NCBI GenBank assembly: GCA_965218095.1 | Contig: OZ244587.1 | Coordinates: forward strand, 5,728,001-5,792,000 | DNA length: 64,000 nucleotides | Direction of reading: 5' to 3' | Source: Candidatus Poribacteria bacterium | Lineage (GTDB): Bacteria; Poribacteria; WGA-4E; PCPOR2b | Part shown: piece by piece, positions 61,085 through 64,000 of the stretch | Position numbering within the stretch: the stretch's first letter is position 1 | How the letters are laid out: every line of letters begins with the position of its first letter | The notes under the pieces: model-generated | What the model saw: the letters and a program-made list of their open reading frames with translations, nothing else | Database searches by the model: none | Told to the model about the DNA's origin: nothing | Position numbers and translations under genes: made by a program

Positions 61085-61453
61085 ATGAAAACGAGTCGGT
61101 TACTAACGATCATCGCTGCACTTAGTATATCATCGTTGGTTCTCTTGATTACATTTAATTCCACAATTTTGGGGAATGAGAAAGCTTCTGAATCGACAAC
61201 AGAGACGCTCATCCCACAGATCCAAGACCTGCAAAAGGAGATTGAAGCCCTTAAAGAACGTGTCGGTAGACTGGAAAGTGAACGAAAAATACCTCCCACT
61301 GTGCCACAAGACCTACCTTCTGTAAATACAATTCCGCACATGAATCAACTCCCCAAAGGTTCAGTGGAGGGAGAGATCAACAGTATGATCTATTACATTA
61401 TCCCGTTGCAGAACCAAAATGTCGATAAATTAGTGTTGCCTAGCCAGAGGTGA
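61085..61453 (+). CDS. Small exported hypothetical protein with short coiled coil
   Basis: SD ggaggg; N-terminal hydrophobic segment; IQDLQKEIEALKERVGRLE. Confidence 0.6.
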   Translation: MKTSRLLTIIAALSISSLVLLITFNSTILGNEKASESTTETLIPQIQDLQKEIEALKERVGRLESERKIPPTVPQDLPSVNTIPHMNQLPKGSVEGEINSMIYYIIPLQNQNVDKLVLPSQR

Positions 61454-61561
61454 TATGCTTCACTTAATCTTTACCGCATGAATGTTTACGCGCCTCAAAA
61501 AAGAAGCAAATAACAACCACAGACAAAAATTCAAACTTCAAACTGAGTTCAGGAAGAAAAC

Positions 61562-62356
61562 ATGAAGCGGTTAAACCTTATTCTAACCTTATGCAGTCTA
61601 TGGGTCATTCCCGTGGCTGTGTTTGCTCAGGAGGCAACAACGGGGAGCGTACGGGGACATGTCATTGACGCTTCAACGACGCAACTCCCAATTGAAGGGG
61701 TCCGAGTTGTTATCGTCAGTGTTGACGGTCTCGAAAATGAAGCAGAGACAGATAGCAATGGTGAATACGAGATAATCGGGTTGGTTCCCGGCCGTTACCT
61801 AATGAGTGTTTATAAAAAGGGTTACCGGGGATGTAGAGGCAAACCGGTCACAGTTATCGCCGGTGGCACCCACTACGTGCCGATGAAAATAGCTGAATAT
61901 GCAACGACGGGGACAGTTCGTGGTCATGTTGACACCCCAACGGCGCTGCAACTCCCAATTGAAGGGGTCCGAGTTGTTATCGTCGGCGTTGACAGTCTCG
62001 AAAATGAAGCAGAGACAGATAGCAACGGTAAATTTGAGCTCGCTGGCTTGGCTCCCGGCCGTTACCTGGTGAGTATTTATAAAGAGGGTTACCGAGACCG
62101 TGTCGGCAAACCGGTCACGGTTATTGCCGGTGGCAACCACTACATACCGCTGAAAATGACCAAAAAGGAAACCTTCATCACCTTCTTGAAGAAGCAATTC
62201 GGTGACGACGACGATGCGCCACCGGAAATGACCGAAAATGAGACTCCCAAATCTCAGAAGAAGAAATTCAGCTTTCTGCCTTGGCTGCTGCTTCTCTGTT
62301 TAGCGGTCGTTGTGGGCTTTATCATTGGTCGTCAAACCGGTCGCCGTTCAGACTAA
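61562..62356 (+). CDS. Secreted/membrane protein with two carboxypeptidase-regulatory-like domains
   Basis: Signal peptide; internal duplication ATTG.VRGHV...PIEGVRVVIV...TDSNG...L.PGRYL.S.YK.GY; C-terminal TM. Confidence 0.85.
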   Translation: MKRLNLILTLCSLWVIPVAVFAQEATTGSVRGHVIDASTTQLPIEGVRVVIVSVDGLENEAETDSNGEYEIIGLVPGRYLMSVYKKGYRGCRGKPVTVIAGGTHYVPMKIAEYATTGTVRGHVDTPTALQLPIEGVRVVIVGVDSLENEAETDSNGKFELAGLAPGRYLVSIYKEGYRDRVGKPVTVIAGGNHYIPLKMTKKETFITFLKKQFGDDDDAPPEMTENETPKSQKKKFSFLPWLLLLCLAVVVGFIIGRQTGRRSD

Positions 62357-62397
62357 CGAAGACTGTGCAGCCGACTCGCCGCAGGGGCTCCTTCGCC

Positions 62398-63294
62398 ATG
62401 AACAACACCCAATCTACCCAATCCGCCTTCGATAGCGAATTTCTGAAAAAACTGGAATATCTCTACATCGTCTCCAAGAAAATTTTTGCGGGGCGTATTA
62501 AAGCCGAGCGCCGCAGCACACGACGCGGCGTCAGTGTGGAGTTCGCCGATTACCGCAACTACACCGCCGGAGACGATTTCCGCTATATCGACTGGAACGC
62601 TTTCGCCCGCTTAGACGAACTCCTGCTGAAACTTTATGAAGAGAAGGAAGACCTGCATATCTACTTTCTCGTTGATGCAAGCCAGTCAATGGCCTGCGGT
62701 GAACCGCAGAAATTGCTCTACGCCAAGCGCGTGGCTGCGGCGCTTGCCTATATCGGCCTGTCCAACTTAGACCGTGTCAGCATCACCGCTTTCACAGATC
62801 GAGATCTGAATCGGTTGCCGACCGAGCGTGGGAAGGGAAAAATCTTCACAGTGCTTGACTTCCTCGATCGGATCGATGGCACCGGCGAAACCTATCTGGA
62901 AAGCGCCTTCCGCAATTTTGTGCATACAACGAAACGACGCGGGCTGATTGTGCTGATCTCCGATCTCTTTGATCCGCGTGGGTTCACCAACGGGTTGAAC
63001 GTGTTAAAATTTCAGAAACATGACCTGTTCTTGATTCACATCATTGACGAAAGAGAAGCCGATCCCAATTTGCGAGGCGATTACCATCTCGTTGATGTCG
63101 AGACGGAGCACCTCCGCCCGGTGACCATCAACGAAAGCCACCTCAAACGCTACAAGGCGTTGTTCCAGCAGTATTGCGATGACCTTAAGCGTTACTGCGT
63201 TCAACGCGAAATCGGTTTCATTCGGACAACCACCCAATTGCCCTTCGATGAACTAATCTTGCGCATCTTTCGGATGGGTGGGTTTGTGTCTTAA
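62398..63294 (+). CDS. DUF58 family protein
   Basis: G.SVEFADYRNY..GDDFRYIDWN, LVDASQSM, LISDLF. Confidence 0.93.
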   Translation: MNNTQSTQSAFDSEFLKKLEYLYIVSKKIFAGRIKAERRSTRRGVSVEFADYRNYTAGDDFRYIDWNAFARLDELLLKLYEEKEDLHIYFLVDASQSMACGEPQKLLYAKRVAAALAYIGLSNLDRVSITAFTDRDLNRLPTERGKGKIFTVLDFLDRIDGTGETYLESAFRNFVHTTKRRGLIVLISDLFDPRGFTNGLNVLKFQKHDLFLIHIIDEREADPNLRGDYHLVDVETEHLRPVTINESHLKRYKALFQQYCDDLKRYCVQREIGFIRTTTQLPFDELILRIFRMGGFVS

Positions 63295-63303
63295 CGGAAC
63301 GCC

Positions 63304-64000
63304 ATGAACTTCCTATCGCCAACCGCATTCCTGCTATTCGGCCTCGCGGCACCAATTGTTATGCTTTATATCCTCAAATTACGCCGTCGCCGCGAACCGG
63401 TTTCCACCCTAATGTTTTGGGAACAGATCTTCAAAGAGAAACAGACGACCTCCCTGTTTCAAAAATTGAAGCATCTGTTGTCCCTTCTGCTGCAGCTGCT
63501 GTTCCTTACACTTTTAGTCCTTGCACTTGCCCGACCACAGTTCGCCTTCATGGCGAAATCGGCGCGGCAGATTATTTTGATTCTTGATCATTCCGCGAGC
63601 ATGAATACCGTTGATGGGACTCTCTCGCGTTTGGCGTTAGCCAAGCAGCAGGCATTGCGCATGGTAGATAACCTCCGCTTTATCGATGAAATGATGGTAG
63701 TTAGCTGCCACACCCAACCCGTGATTCACAGCCCGTTCACCAATCATCAGAAATCGCTACGCCACGCCATCAAATCGATTGCTCCCACAGATGTGAAAAC
63801 AGACCTCCAGCCGGCGTTGGTGGTCGCCCATTCTGTGGCGCAGACCAAGCCTAACCCGGAAATTGTCATCTTCAGCGATTTTCATCAGATCTCCGATGCG
63901 CTCCTCACACAACTCAAAAATTCACCTTCAGACACGAAGGTTCATCTGTTGTCAGTCAATCTCGGCGCGGAGAGGAATGTCGGCATTACACAGTTTCGGG
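63304..64000 (+). CDS. BatA-like N-terminal double-TM + vWA domain protein (partial)
   Basis: MNFLSP...IVMLYILKLRRRREPVSTLMFW...LLVLALARP; MIDAS LDHSASM; runs off the right edge. Confidence 0.9.
   Translation, partial: MNFLSPTAFLLFGLAAPIVMLYILKLRRRREPVSTLMFWEQIFKEKQTTSLFQKLKHLLSLLLQLLFLTLLVLALARPQFAFMAKSARQIILILDHSASMNTVDGTLSRLALAKQQALRMVDNLRFIDEMMVVSCHTQPVIHSPFTNHQKSLRHAIKSIAPTDVKTDLQPALVVAHSVAQTKPNPEIVIFSDFHQISDALLTQLKNSPSDTKVHLLSVNLGAERNVGITQFR

Noticed and set aside
62350-62395. Integron attC-like start (GACTAAC...TGCAGCCGAC)
   Set aside because: Only a left half is visible; there is no complementary arm or GTT end and no integrase.
1-64000. tRNA, rRNA or prophage genes
   Set aside because: None recognised by eye.

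Overview
Bacterial genomic window of moderate GC. The gene content suggests Candidatus Poribacteria or a relative; this is inference from the C-terminal 'KL.T(T/M)WG..K' tails, giant secreted TPR proteins, LamG, cohesin/dockerin domains, PhyH and ECF-sigma fusion. From 1 to 24 kb the region is heavily eroded: three IS5-family copies plus IS remnants, an IS982, a group II intron 3' remnant, REP/MITE-like repeats and many pseudogenes. It surrounds intact panC, a zinc-ribbon/FHA protein and a DUF5916-like protein. The standout is a 684-aa ECF sigma factor fused in-frame to a full-length PafA-type (Pup/UBact) ligase domain. This gene has a strong internal SD+ATG, a divergent active-site region and an ECF-like promoter. 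From 24 to 30 kb there is a beta-propeller sensor kinase and an NtrC-type regulator. From 31 to 50 kb there are two paralogous giant secreted TPR genes (3624 aa, and about 2700 codons with one in-frame TAG) that carry different C-terminal modules. From 50 to 64 kb there are secreted repeat proteins and a MoxR/DUF58/BatA-vWA operon interrupted by a DNA methyltransferase + HNH nuclease pair. All family calls come from motif recognition by eye; no searches were run.
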